Below, piece after piece: positions 14,001 through 27,490 of a stretch of DNA of 64,000 bases. Position 1 is the first letter of the stretch. Every line of letters begins with the position of its first letter. The notes below the pieces were generated by a model that was given only the letters and a program-made list of their open reading frames with translations, did not search any database and was not told the origin of the DNA. A program made the position numbers and the translations under genes. The DNA is from Negaprion brevirostris (taxonomy: Eukaryota): positions 120,584,812-120,648,811 of the forward strand of contig JARDVH010000163.1 of NCBI GenBank assembly GCA_030324005.1. The letters are read 5' to 3'.

Positions 14001-14764
14001 CTGATTAGTGAATATGAACAGGCAAATTATTACCATGTTTAACTGACACAAATGATTGATTGTGTTCCAGGTTGCATTTTCCTTCCCATTGCTTTCTCAG
14101 TATGAACCAGACTTTATGAAAATGTTTCCAACCCATAGGTGAGGTTAAAACTCTCCATCCTATCTATCACCAAGACTCCCACAACATTGCTACTTCCAAT
14201 ATTTCAGTCCCTCCATGCCTCCAAAAATAACCATGCTTTGGTTTCTTCTGCAGTTAATTTCATTAATGTCCTCCTTTGTGACCTTTCATGTTTTATTCTC
14301 TGTGTACCAAATCCTTGTTAAGTTCTGCTGGCTCTTGGCTTCATGTCCTAGCACAGATTCAAAATCCTGATCTTCAGATCCATTGTGGCCTTGTCCAAAG
14401 CAATCTTGTATCCTTCATGGTGAATTCAGTTCTCCTGTGCTGCAGACTGTGACAATTTGTGCATTTCCCCCCCATTCTGCTCACCACATCTGTAGTGGCA
14501 AAATCTTTGGCCTCCTTGACTCTGGAATTTCCTGCACAAGCCTCTCTCGCCTGCTGTTCCCTCTTCAAAAAACCTTCTCAAAAAACATTTCCTTGAACGA
14601 GCTTTCCTTGCACCCCTTCTGAATCATTCATTCCACTCCCCAGCTTATCCTGTTTACCTTGATCTTTGTGAAGTGCTTGGCATAATTCGTATATTAATAG
14701 CATTAGGTTATTCACATGCTGTCTGTTCTGAAACAATGACGAGACACAGTCTCGATAATACATT

Positions 14765-14945
14765 TCCAAAGATGTGTGGGTTAGATGGATTTGGATTGGC
14801 CATGCTAAATTGCCCTTTTGTGTTGGGGGACTAGCTAGGGTAAATGCATGGGGTTATGGGGATAGGGCCTGGGTGGGATTATGCTCGATGCAGACTCGAT
14901 TGTCCCAATGGTGGCCTCCTGCACTGTAGGATTCTATGATTCTGT
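14765..14945 (+). mobile_element. HE1-like SINE, 3' half
   Basis: gattggccatgctaaattgccc...ctgcactgtaggattctatga. Confidence 0.75.
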
Positions 14946-15189
14946 GACATTACAAAAATACCATATCATATTATTCAGTAGAGTAAAAATGATTGCAGAA
15001 GATCTATTCTTGTTTGTGGCATTTGGGGCTTGGAGCTGGAACCCTCTTTCCTTTAAATTTTTGTCATCCTGAGACTAATGACATTGGTGTTCAAAAAAAT
15101 TACAATTCAGCAGGTCACCATTTTGGACCCTTGGCCAAATTACAATTTTTAAATACAAGGCTAGGTGGTGATTGTTGGCAGGCTATTTA

Positions 15190-16400
15190 GTTATTTGATT
15201 TGATTTATTATTGTCACATGTATTATTAGTATACAGTGAAAAGTATTGTTTCTTGTACCCTATACAGACAAAGCATACTATACATACAGAGGGAAAGGAC
15301 AGAGTGCAGAATGTAATATTATAGTCATAACTAGGGTGTAGAGAAAGATCAACTTAATGCGAGGTAAGTCCATTCAGAAGCCTGGTGGCAACACGGAAGA
15401 AGCTGTTTTTGAGTCAGTTGGTATGTGTCCTCAGACTTTTGTATCTTTTTCCCGATGGAAGAAGATAGAACAGAGTATGTCTAGTATGCGGGGGCTTTTG
15501 ATTATGCTGGCTGCTTTTCTGAGGCAGTAGGAAGTATAGACAGTGTCAATAGATGGGAGGCTAGTTTGACTAAAGGACTGGGTTTAGTTCATGACCCCTT
15601 CTAGTTTATTATGGCTATAGAGCAGGAGCCATACCAAGCTTTATTATAACCAGAAAGAACGTTTTCTGTGGTGCATCTGTAGAAGTTGGTTAGAGTTGTA
15701 GCGGACGTGCCAAATTTCCTTAGTCTCCTGAGAAAGTAGAGGTGTTAGTGGGCTTTCTTAACTATAGCATCCGTATGGAGGGACCAGGACAGGTTGTTGG
15801 TGATCTGGACACCTAAAAACCTGAAGCTCTCGACCATTTCTACTTCACTCTTATTGATGTAAACAGGAGCATGCCCTCCGCTACGCTTCCTGAAGTTGAT
15901 GACTATTTTCTTTTTGTTGACATTGAGGGAGAGATTATTGTCGTTGCTCCAATTCACCAGATTCTCTATCTCTTTATTGTATTGTGTCTCATCGTTGTTT
16001 GAGATCTGACCCACAATAGTGGTATCATCAAACTTGAAAATCGAGTTGGAGGAGAATTTGGCCATTAAGGCAGAGGTGTATAGGAAGTATCGTAAAGGGC
16101 TAAGGGCACACACAGCCTTGCAGAGCACTGTTGTTGAGGATGATCACAGAGGAGGCGTTGTTGCTTATCTTTATTGATTGTGGCCTGTGGGTTAGGAAGT
16201 TCAGAATCCTGTTGCAAAGGGAGGAGCCGAGCCCCAGGCCACATAGTTTGGAGATGAGTCTCGTGGAAATAATGGTGTTAAAGGCTGAGCTGAAGTCTAT
16301 GAATAGGAGTCTGATATAGGTGTCTTTGTTATCTAGGTGTTCCAGGGTTGAGTGTAGGACCAGGGAGATGGCATCTGCTGTGGACCTGTTGCATCAATAG
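15190..16400 (-). mobile_element. Rex1/Babar-like non-LTR retrotransposon, 5'-truncated
   Basis: Minus-strand ORF DDTTIVGQISNNDETQY...NNLSLNVNK...FRFLGVQITNNLSWS is an RT C-terminus; the 3' tail is (TCAAA)n-like. Confidence 0.85.
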
Positions 16401-16959
16401 GTCAAACTCTGCACAGTTTCAGTTGAACCTTAGGCTTTGAGGTTGCATGGCCTAGTTATAGTCTACATGTATCAAATAGCCTACTAAGAATTTCTTTGGG
16501 TTCTAACAAAACAAATTTTGGACTTGTTGCTTTTGAGCTGAAAGCAGTGATGTTTAAAGTTCCACCAAATTGTAAAGGGACTACCTTAAAGAAGTTAAAG
16601 CTTCTTGTAACATCTATGAGCTATTAAACGTAATGATTCCATGTGCAGTTTGAGAGCAGGATCTAGTGGTGGAACATCATACACATCAGTGTTTCCATTT
16701 TGAACAAGCGTCACTTTTCACCTTTCACTTTATGACTGGGCTGTTTTGTAAGGCAATCTTTATAACCATATAGGGATAATAAATTGTATTTTTGATGGTA
16801 TCTTCTTTTTGAGCATTGTCCCAGTTAAAATTATCACTAAGCTATTTGGTTGTGTGTTAATACAGTAGCTAATTTTCAATGATGGTACATTATTGATTTG
16901 ACAAAAATAATTTATCATTTTATGGTCCTGATCCAAGACAATTCATAATCTTGATGTCC

Positions 16960-17885
16960 TATTTGGCCCTCAGCTTCTAACTCAAGATCCTCTCCATTGT
17001 CAGTGCCCACTTTTCTAACATCTCCTTAGTCCCCTCAGCTCATCTGCTGAATCCATATCTGTGCCTTTGTTACCCCTGGACTTGACTATTCCCGTGCTCT
17101 ACTGGCTGGATTCCAAGTTTCCACCCATCATAAACGGGCTTATCCTTAATTCTGCAACTAGTATCCTAACTCACAACAAGTTCTGTTGATCTATGACCTC
17201 TGTGCTCGCTGATCTATTTTGCACCTGCTTCAGCAACACATCAAAGTTTAAACTTGTCATCCTTGTTTTCAAATCCCTCTTTGTCGTGCCTGCTCCCCAT
17301 TTCTGTAACCTCCCTTTGCCCTTCAAACTTTGTATATATCCACACTCCTCGAACTCTGCCATCTGTAGCATCTCTGGTTATCTTTGTTCCAGTAATTATG
17401 GCTATGCCTTCAACTGCTTACATTTTAAGCTCTGAATTCCCCGCCTAGTCCTATAAACAGGGGTCACAGTCTGAGGATTCGGGGTAGACCATTTAGGACA
17501 GAGATGGGGAGACATTTCTTCACCCAATGAGTGGTGAGCCTGTGGAATTCATTCCCACAGGAAATAGTTGATGCCAAAATATTGAGTATATTCAAGAGGC
17601 GGCTAGATACAGCTGAATGAGATCAAAGGTTGTGGGGAGAAAGCAGGATTAGGTTATTGAGTTGGACAGTGATAGATGGCGGAACAGATTCGAAGGGCCA
17701 AATGGCCTCCTCCTGATCTTATCTTCTATGTTTGCTCTCCACTTCTCTACCTGTTTTCTCATTTAAGACATATCTATGTATGTGGCTCAAATTTTGGTGT
17801 CAAATTTTGTTTCATAAAGCTCCTGTGAAGCAGCTTGAGGTGCTTTAGTATGTTAGAGGCGCTACATAAATGCAAGTTGTTGGTA
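16960..17885 (+). mobile_element. L2-like LINE 3' fragment with a nested CR1 3' end (about 17450-17735)
   Basis: L2-type LDY/FKLVILVFKSL remnants and tail aggcgctacataaatgcaagttgttg; CR1 tail cttctatgtt lies inside. Similar L2 pieces at 14140-14720, 24950-25720 and 53500-54330. Confidence 0.65.
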
Positions 17886-19639
17886 TTTTGTGGTGGTGTG
17901 GGAGTGAGTGGAGGAGAAAATTAACTAAGTGGTCCTGTTCTGCTGGAGGAACAGGTGGTTTGGTTGTGTTTTTGTGGTTATAATGATCAAAATGCAAGGT
18001 TAACGATTGATATCTATTGGAATAGAGGAGTTCCCAGAGGATTTTTGAAACTATATTGCCATTCTCTGTTTTTGGCTCACATACTGAAACTGTTGCTCGG
18101 ATACTGCTATTCTTTGCCTCAGTTCCATTCAATCTGTATTATGTTGCACTTTCATTCCAATGTTACATAATAGGCGCTCTTTCTTCTTATTCAGCCATTA
18201 AACATTTAGAATAGATTCTTTTCCCAACTGCCGCCATTCTGTTTTAACGTTCTGACATTGCCCCATCGTCATCATTACCTTGCCACAGTCTTTATGAAGT
18301 GCATCTGAAGGGAAATTCTAAGTTTCTACTGTCAGTTTATCTATATCTCTGCGGCAGAGAGACCTCAAAGTACTTTCTGCTAAGCTGCTCCTTTGACCTG
18401 TGTATCACTGCTTGTAACAGTGGACCTGAAAAGAGCTTGCTGTTGAACTGTGCCTTTCTCATCTGTACCATTGTGCCTGCATAATTCCATACAATGCATA
18501 TTAAATAAGGAATTTGCTTGAAAATGTTACTTCTACAACGTGATATAGAGCAATATTTTGATATTGAATGTCAAGGCTTGTGGATTTCAAAATCAATGTA
18601 CTGCAGTAGGATCTGGACCAGAAGTAGCAGCTGTTGTTTTGTCACAATCGTACGTGATGAGCATAAGGTTTGTAGATTAGATCTGAGATTAAAAGGGGCT
18701 GTGTAAGAGAGCCATAAAGATCAACCCCTCTATAAACTGGTGCTAGTCCAGTGTGCGTGTTAGAGACAGCATTTAGAAGCGTGTGCACATAGTCAGAAAA
18801 TTGTTAACTTGGTAAGAAAGCGGTAGGTGATATGATTTACAAATTTATCAAACAGGTTTCAGAATTGAATAACCAGCTCGATGCCTCCGGCTCCTCTTTC
18901 TGTCATAGTTTGATTTGCCCATGGAGGCTCCTCTGTTCACTCCACTTGAAGGCTGTCAATCACTTCCGTAACAGAAGTAGTGATAGTGAAGCATTTTTCT
19001 GGAGGCTTATTTTTACTCTTGCTGGATTTCCGACAGTGCGCTAGTTCAGTAGTGCCCCACCTGGTTATGTTTCCTGTTTCTGTGATATGTTTTGCCACCT
19101 GATTCTCAATGCAGATTGTTTTGCTTGATATTTCAGTATTTTGTGAAATTGGTTCTTTTATGACTATAAAAATGTTAGCTTTGCAAGAACATGGAGCAGG
19201 GGTTGACTATTTGGCCCCGCATGCCTATCCCACCATTCAATAAGACCAAGGCTGATCTAATCCACTTTCCTGTCTGCCCTGCATAACCCTTTGCTCCCTT
19301 GTTAATTAAAAATCGATTTAACTCGGCCTTCAATGTATTCAGCGACCTAGACTCCACGGCTCCCTGGGGAAGAGAATTCCACAGACTAACAACCTTCTGA
19401 GAGGAAGAAAAATCTCCTCATTTCAGTCTTGAATGGGAGACTCCTAATTTTTAAACTTAGTTCTAGCCTTGCCTATAAAGGGGAACATCCTCTCAGCATC
19501 CAGTCTATTAAGACTCCTTAGAATTTATATGTTTCAATAAGATCGCCTCTCATTCTTCTAAACTTCATTGGATACATACTCAACCTCTTCAGCCTAAGAA
19601 TCAGTCAAGTGAACCTTCTCTGAACTACTGCTTATATAT

Positions 19640-19990
19640 TCAGTCGTGGGACATGGGTGTCACTGGCTCGCCAGTATTTTTTTGCCCATCCCTAGTTGCC
19701 CTTGGAGGGCAGTTGAGAGTCAACAACACTGCTGTGGCTCTGGAGTCACACGCAGGTCAGGCAAGAAAGGCAGGTTTCTTTCCCTGATGGACGTTAGCGA
19801 ACCAGATGGGTTTTTCCGACAATTGTCAATGGTTTCATAGTCACCAGTGCATTCCGAATTCCAGGTATTTTTTAATGAATTCAAATTCCACCATCTGCCA
19901 TGAGGGGATTTGAACCCAGCTCCTCAGAATATTAGCTGAGTTTCTGGGTTAATGGGTTAGTGACAATACCACTAGGCCATCACCTCCCTT
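19640..19990 (-). mobile_element. tRNA-headed SINE with a LINE-derived tail (family also at about 12470-12930, 30070-30250, 46740-47090, 59080-59400)
   Basis: Shared core gagtcaac...tggagtcaca...ttccct...gac-ttag-gaaccagatggg across the copies. Confidence 0.7.
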
Positions 19991-20726
19991 CTGATGCAGT
20001 TATATCCTTAAGTAAGGCGACCAAAGTACTCCAGATGTGGTCTTAACAATTTCTATTTTTCACTTCAACAAAATATATATTTGAAGAGATTAAGCTAAAG
20101 GGAATAAGTACTTAAAATTAAGATTAATATATGTAATATAAAAACTGAATGTCATCCTTCTTCTGGGCAAGGAATAATAGAATGGTCCCAAAACAGAAGG
20201 AGACCATTCAGCCTGTTGCTGAGCAAGAGCAGCTCAAATCGATCAGAATCTTTTTAATTTGTCTTCTGTTAAGAAGCACATAGCCTTCTGTGTCTCACAT
20301 CCAACACCGGAATCTCCACATCTCACTTTGCAACACATTTCATACAACTATTGTGAAATAAGTGAAGGATTTTTCAATTTCTTATAAATCCTTCCTTGAT
20401 TGCTCATTCTATAAACTATTCAATATCTTTGTGCAAATACTCTAAGAAGCAGATTGTTGTTATCTCCAAAATGAAAGTTTGCCTTGGTGGATAATGCTTT
20501 TGTCATTCAGTAACCCTCTCTGCAACCCAAAGGCACTGATGCAAACACCAAAGCTTCTGCTGCCATCAGCTTGCTGAACGCAAACTAGAGATTTTGGGAT
20601 TTTCCTGATGTGTATGACCACGAAAGTCAGTGATGAATTTATCTGTTGAACTTTGTTGGATGATCTGATCCTGTGTTTCTTTCATCTGAAGTGACCCTCA
20701 GGACATTCTGAGCTACATTTTGGAAT

Positions 20727-20857
20727 GGCTGGAATTCTTCAACCTCACTCGCAACTGAGATTCTCTAGTCCTGCTGCTGTGAATGGAGTTTTGACTCAGA
20801 GATGAACTTTTTCTTCTCGGTGGCAGCAGCAGCAGTATAAGACCAGAGAATTCTGGC
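20727..20857. mobile_element. Harbinger-type MITE
   Basis: TIRs ggctggaattct / agaattctggc; TSD AAT. Confidence 0.7.
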
Positions 20858-22472
20858 AATAGCTTTGGTCTCCAAATTCAATGGAGGAAATTCCTGCTCA
20901 TCCAATACTGAATGTCTTGACAATTGTCTTGTGCTGGCTGAATTGCATTGACTCCCAGTCAAGTCGTGCCTTGATTTTAAGGTCAGACTGTAGAAGGAAT
21001 GTATAGCCTGTATCAATTTCTAGAAAACCACTCATCACAATTTGGAACTGACCAGACTTATTCTTGCTAACCTGATAGTTGAAGAAACATTTATTTCAAG
21101 CTTGGGAGTGAAGATGCTTGTAGAATCCTAACCCATATATGGTTTCAATTTGTAGTTGTAATGTATTTGAAGTTAGGGTATCAAGTCCTCCATCTTTGGA
21201 TGTGACCTTGGGCATTGGCTATATTTGTTCACAAAAGAACAATTCATGCATAAGAACCAGGATCCGTGCTGATGGATCTTAAATGAACCTCTGTAGTTTT
21301 CTGGCCAATTCATAATCTCATGGCTGTGACAGAACATTCTTGAGGTAGTAACTTTCTGTGCATATTTTTAATGAAGTAATCAATTTTTTAAATGATTTTA
21401 TCTATCATTAGAATTGCCTAGGATTGAAGAAGTGCCACTGTGACAATGCTCTTTTCAAAGTGGGTTTAAGAATGAAATTCTGGGTCTGTCTGCTGTTTGT
21501 AGCTGACTGATTTAAAAAAAAAGTAAGAATTGGATACTAAATTCTTAACTTAGAAGGTCCTGACCCATTGCCTCCACAGTGTTGCTCCATCAGTACGCAA
21601 TGTGTCTATGTGTGGTGCAGTTCAATTCACTTAAAAACCTTTCTGACATCAGGAAATAGCTGTTCTTGTATAGGAAATTATGGATATGAACCTGGGTTAT
21701 GTTACATGGAAATATTCAGTGCATCACCAGACCTGGAAAGATGAAAGCATGTATTAAAGAAGTGCAGTATACATTGCCAAGTTTAGTTGGAAACGTTAGC
21801 TGTCTTTTTCTTTTGGTCAGGATTCTATTGATCCAGATTCATATGGCATAGAAAGAGACCATTTGGCCCCTTCTCTCTCTGCCAGCTCTTTGCAAGATCA
21901 TCCAATTAGTCCTCTCTGCTATTTGATCAAAAGTACAGTCATGAATTATTAAACAAAATATATGTTTGTAAATGTTATTGTTAAACTCACCCCACCAAAT
22001 GGTGTCCTGTGGATCAGGCTTTGTTAGTTTCTGTATGAAACATGGAGGGGTTACCACTCCAACTTGCTATTAGACAGATGGAAAAAAAAGACTTGGCTAA
22101 ATCATTTATAAGTCTGCAGTTCAGAGGAGTACTGAAAATTAATCTGACAGTTGTAAGGATTTGTCTGTCAGTGTTTTCCTATATTTTTGTGTGGGTTCTC
22201 ACCAATAGAGTTTTGGTTGTGCAGTTTCTGACTAAAGCTTGGTGCTAAATCCATGTATGAGGGTTTCAACAGCAGGTGAACTGAGGTGGGGCAGAGTCAG
22301 AGCATGCTACAGAGCAGAAATGGATGGGTCTTAGTGGTAGTATGGGTATGTGGTTGGAAGCTCATCTTAGTGTGAAATGTGGCACAGTTTAGTTCAGCCT
22401 CAAATAGTTGCCATGGAGCAAGATGAAGTCAGTAGTTGGGGAGTGGAGTTTGTGGAGAGCACCAAACACAAT

Positions 22473-22578
22473 GGGATTCTCTGGTCTGACTGCAGTGAAT
22501 GGAGTTTTGGCTGAATGCCAAATCCTCTGTTCTTGTAGGCAGCAGTGGCAGGGCTTACAAGATCAGAGAATTCTGGCC
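22473..22578. mobile_element. Harbinger-type MITE (left end shortened)
   Basis: Similar to the 20727 copy; flanked by AAT on both sides. Confidence 0.6.
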
Positions 22579-23092
22579 AATAGCTTTGGTCTTCCCCATA
22601 TTTAGTGGAGGAAATTCCTGCTCGTCCACATTATTGAACTTCTGACAATCACACTTGACTTCCATTCTCACTTTAAAATTCTCACTCTTATTTTTAGCTC
22701 TCACCATGTCATCACTCCTTCCCCACTTCTGTGATTTCCTCCAGCCCAACAACCCTTTCAGGTATCTGTTTCTCAAACTCTAGTCTCTTGAGCATATCCA
22801 GTTTTAGTTGGTCTGCCATCTGCCATCACCTGCCAAGGCCATAAGTCCAAAATTGTTCTCTCCCTTTCTTTAAGATGCTCTTTAAAAACTGACCTTTTTC
22901 ATTAAGCTTTTGGTCATCTGCTCTTTTACCTCGCGATGTGGCTCAGTGTCAAATTTTGTCCCATGACACTCCTACAAAGCAGCTCTATAAGTTTTATTTT
23001 ACTAAAGGTGTAAGTATGAGTTGTTATAATTTATTAAGGGTTTTGGTCCCTACTGGTAAAGCAAAGTCTCATTTTTCTTGACTTATTTGTAG

Positions 23093-23344
23093 ACGAGGAG
23101 CTGTGGATAATTAAATTTTCTGGGTAATTGAGCAGAAACTAGATAATGAATGCACCTGTGCATCCACGTAGGTGGGAAGCTGATCAGTCTGCTCACAGAT
23201 TTACAGGCCAGGAGATGGAAAATAGAACTCCTTCAGATGTGACAAGTATGACAGCTTGCACTGTAAAATAAATGAAACAGCTGCTGCTTTGGTTTTTTTC
23301 GGCTCACATCAGCTTGGAAGATTCCACTTCCTATTGATTATAAG
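23093..23344 (+). other. Candidate SETD5 5'UTR exon carrying two tandem uORFs
   Basis: Acceptor ctcatttttcttgacttatttgtag, donor AAG|gtagat; non-repetitive sequence. Confidence 0.45.
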
Positions 23345-23617
23345 GTAGATGGGTTTGTACTTCTCTTTACCTGAAACCAAAAATTTCTGTGTGAAATGAA
23401 GCGACAAAAATATTTTTGATCAGTTGTTTTCATTGATTAAATAAAACATTCTATGGAAGGGCATGTGATACAACTGTAGTGCCAATTTTTTTAATGCGGT
23501 TGAGAAAAGTGTGCATTGTTTTGACTGAATTAAACCCATATCCTTTTAAAGAGCATAAATTGATTTTATTTACTTTGCTATTTGCAAGTGATTAGGCTAA
23601 TGTCCTCTCTCAACTAG

Positions 23618-23674
23618 GCTGGTTTCGTTGATCTCCATCCTCCCCCAGGACAATATACAGTGACAGATGTGCTG
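23618..23674 (+). other. Candidate short SETD5 5'UTR exon (alternative acceptor gives 23649-23674)
   Basis: Branch gctaat, tract tgtcctctctcaactag, consensus donor CTG|gtgagt; second acceptor ctccatcctcccccag. Confidence 0.5.
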
Positions 23675-26600
23675 GTGAGTTGGTTGTGTTGGTTTCTTAC
23701 AGCCTGTCAACATAGAGATGCAATAAGCGGATGGGATGTGTGGGTAGAATCTTGAAGGCTAAGCTGCTATTTAATCGAGGCAAAATGATGGATCTGGACA
23801 TGTTCCAGGAATGGCTCTACTCTGAGAGTTAGTTGTAAGCATTATCCAAACTGTTGAACTCCATCACTTGCATTTTGACTTGCTTTTATGTTTTCTATAC
23901 ATTATTCCAAACAATGTAGATAATTACATGTTGTAATTTAATACCATTCAATGTGATAGTGGTTTGTTCAAACAAAATTAATTCTTTAAATGTGTAGAAT
24001 ATATTTTTAAACTAAAAATGTTGCTTCCTGTAATTTTGGAGGAGTTATTACCCTGGTTGTCTTTACTGCATCCCTTTCCCCAACAACTTGCAGGGGTTTA
24101 AAATCTTTACTTCCTCATTCTCCCAACTGAGAGGGATTGCAGGCAACTATTCACATAGCTTTGTAATTAATTGCTAGATGGTGTGCAAGAGAATTTTAAG
24201 GTACAATCACCTTTCCCCCCACCTTCCTCCCTTACTATTTTCTGATTACCTGACTGAAGGATTGAGAGCCTGTGTGGGAGTTGAAGTCATAAACTTGAGT
24301 TAAGCTTACAGCCTCAGGCCCCCAAATCTTGGAACATGTTGGCTGATAGCCACGCCACAAGACCTCTGAGCATTTTACCAGTGTCTGTAGAATACTGCTG
24401 TTTTTTACCATCTGTAACTGATGTTGCAGCTTCCTCTAGTGGCAGAAATATGTAATATTTCTTATTCAATTGACTTCCCATGTGTTAACATTTTTACTGT
24501 AGGTGCTTTCCCTGGACCAGTGGAATTGCAAGTTCTATTTTTTGGTTACCTGCTAATACGCTTAATAAGCAGCAGCTCATTTCAATTATGTTTTCCAGAC
24601 AGTATACGTTACCTACCAAACAGCAGTGACTACATTTCAAAATAACTCATTGGTTGTGAAGCGTTTTGGGATGTTCAGAGGACATGAAAGGCAATATGTA
24701 AATTAAAATTCTTTTTTTCTTTGCCTGGCTGTTAAAAGAATTAAGTATGCATGACTACAGTACTGTTACTGATCCTGCAATAGCTTCTCCTAACTTATGC
24801 ACATTTGTTACATCTGGAACCCTTCCAGGATCTATCTTTGCACTTGCTCTGCTCCCACCTCAATTGCTCATCTATATTTTGTTTGTCAGCAACACCATCC
24901 AAAAACTCATCATCACCTCTCTTGACAGGTCCACTCCCTTTGCTCATGTCTGACATCTAGTATCAGATAAGCAGACGTTTATTTCAGTTAAATATTGGGA
25001 AGATCACAGCCATCATTATCAGCCTGTAGGCCCACCATAAGATCTATTCACTAGCTGCCAATTCCACCACCGCCCCTTCCCCTGGTCACTATCAGAGGTG
25101 GCACAAAACTGTTACAACTCTCTATTTGATCCAGACCCGAGCTTCTGACAAGTTCTTCACCACTCCTTCTGCTTTCCTGCCTCGACAGTTCTATTCCTGA
25201 AACTCCTAAGCATGCTTTCGTTAACTCCAGACTCGAATGTTCTCGTATTGTCACAGTTGGCCACCAATTTTCCGTGATCTTGAGCTTATCAAAAACTCTG
25301 CTGCCCGTATCCTAACTCATTCATCAATCAACCTCTGTAATCACTGACCTACATTGATACCTGGTCTGTAAGTATTTTAATTTTAATCATCTCACTCTTT
25401 TGTTCACGTCTTTCCTTGGTCCCGCCCCTCAGTATCTCTGTGACGCCTTACAGCTGTATAATCCTCCAAGAACTCTGTTCCTTCATTTCTGGCCTATTAT
25501 GCATCCTGAACTTCCTTTGCAGCACTGTTCACAGCTGTGTANNNNNNNNNNTCCCTCTCTAAGCCTCTATATATCTCTCCCTCTCCTCTAAGACACTCCT
25601 TAAAACCTACCCTTTAAGCAAGCAATCAGCCATCTCACTTGACACTGTCAAATTTCTTTGTGCGCATGCTTCTACGAAGCACCTTGGGACATTTCACTAT
25701 ATAAATGCGGGTTGTGATTTGTTGCGTGATGTGAGTTGAACAATGAAAATTTGACCAATTGGCATTTAGTTTCCCAATATTTAAATTAATGTATATTTAA
25801 AAACAAACTATACCATATTAGGGAAGTATTTGACTCTGAGGAGGCAGCTTAGAAACTACAAAATTTATTGGACTAAATAAATAAGATGGCTGTAACCATG
25901 TAAAGTGCAGAAAAAAGGATGAAATAAATAGGAGAAAAATAATTTGTGTTTATGAGGCTTGTGTTCAGGATCCCACAAAACATTTTGCATCTAATTATTT
26001 ACCTTCCAGGTGTTGCAGCATTCCATTTACCCATGGCAAGCTCCAGTGTATAGAAAAATAGATGAATGATGCATTAATTAATATTTTAATAGTTTTGGTT
26101 GTGGCAAGAAATGTTGACCAGGACACTGAGACCTCTCTGGTTTTCTTTAAATAGTACGACAAATTTTTTTTTACACTGATGCAAACAGACAGGTGTACTC
26201 CATGAGTAGTGTTGAACTAGCTGAGGATTAAGTTAAAAGACTGTGGATGCTCACCACAGTCAGTCACTCCAGTACGTTATGAGGAACAACATTTAAAACA
26301 CAAACTGGAATGTTGAAGTATATAAAACAATCGGAGTAGTAGAAGTAATATTTGATTTTCTGCTCAGCTACACTTTGCTGTACTATCCCCATATCCTTTA
26401 ATTCCCACCCATTTCCAAAAAGCTATTGATCTCTCTCTTGAATATATTTGATGCTTGAGCATCCTCATCTCTACTCAGTAGACAATTTCAAAGATTCATA
26501 TCCCTTTGAATGAAGAAATAGGTCCTCATCTCAGCCGTACATGACTGATCCCTTATTCTGCGACTGTGATCCCTAGTTGTAGGTTGCCCAGCTGGGGAAA

Positions 26601-27299
26601 ACACCTTAGCAACATCTACCCTGTTAAGCCCTTTCAGCATTTTGTATACTTCAGTGCAATCAACTCTTATTCTTCTAAACTCTAGGAAATAGAGGCCTAG
26701 TGTGTGCAATCCCCTCATCACAGGTGTCAAATTAAGTAGCCTTTGCTGCACTCTGTCAGAGGCAAGTATGTGCTTCTTGAAGTAAAAGAGACTAAAACTG
26801 TATCCACTACTCCAGGTGTAGTCTTGAAGGAAATCGTATTTACTCTTGTACACCAATTCCTTTGTAATAAATGTGAACATGCCATGTGTTAAAACTATAA
26901 AATGCCCCGTCATGCCTTGAATATTGCATTCAGCTCTGGCCACTCAGTGAAAAACATTCAAGTCACGGAGACATTTTAGAGAAGATTAGAGATATTTTGA
27001 GCATGTACCTGATTCCTGTGGGGTTGGGCTTGGCGGGGGAGTAGTGAGGAATGGCATTTTAGCCTTGAAAGAGATGCCTGAGAAGTTGACCTGACAGTCA
27101 TAGCAAAAATCGCATAGAAAAGACAAATCTGGAAAATTGCCACAAACATAAAGCATGAGATTTGGACAGGGGAGGACAAGTTCAAACTAGTAAAAGGCAA
27201 ATATCAGATTTTGTGAAGGAGTTCATGACATCAAAGTATGATCAACACATAAGAGTTATCAAAGCAAAAATCTTTGAATCTTTTGAGAAGTTATGTCAA

Positions 27300-27490
27300 C
27301 ATCCAAATATGTGTGGGTTAGGTTGATTGAACGTGCTAAATTAACCCTTAGTATCCCAGAATGTGATAGGTTAGAGGGATTAGCAGGGTAACTAAGCGGG
27401 GATAGGGCCTGGCTGGGATTATTGTTGGTGCAGACTCGATGGGCCAAATGGCTTCCTTCTGCACTGTACGGTTTCTATGATTCTATGATA
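27300..27490 (+). mobile_element. HE1-like SINE, 3' half
   Basis: Same core end and tail (gatgggccaaatggc...ttctatga). Confidence 0.75.

Noticed and set aside
20630-20712. Possible box C/D snoRNA (GTGATGA...CTGA)
   Set aside because: The terminal stem is weak, no rRNA/snRNA guide is recognisable, and it lies in repeat-like context.
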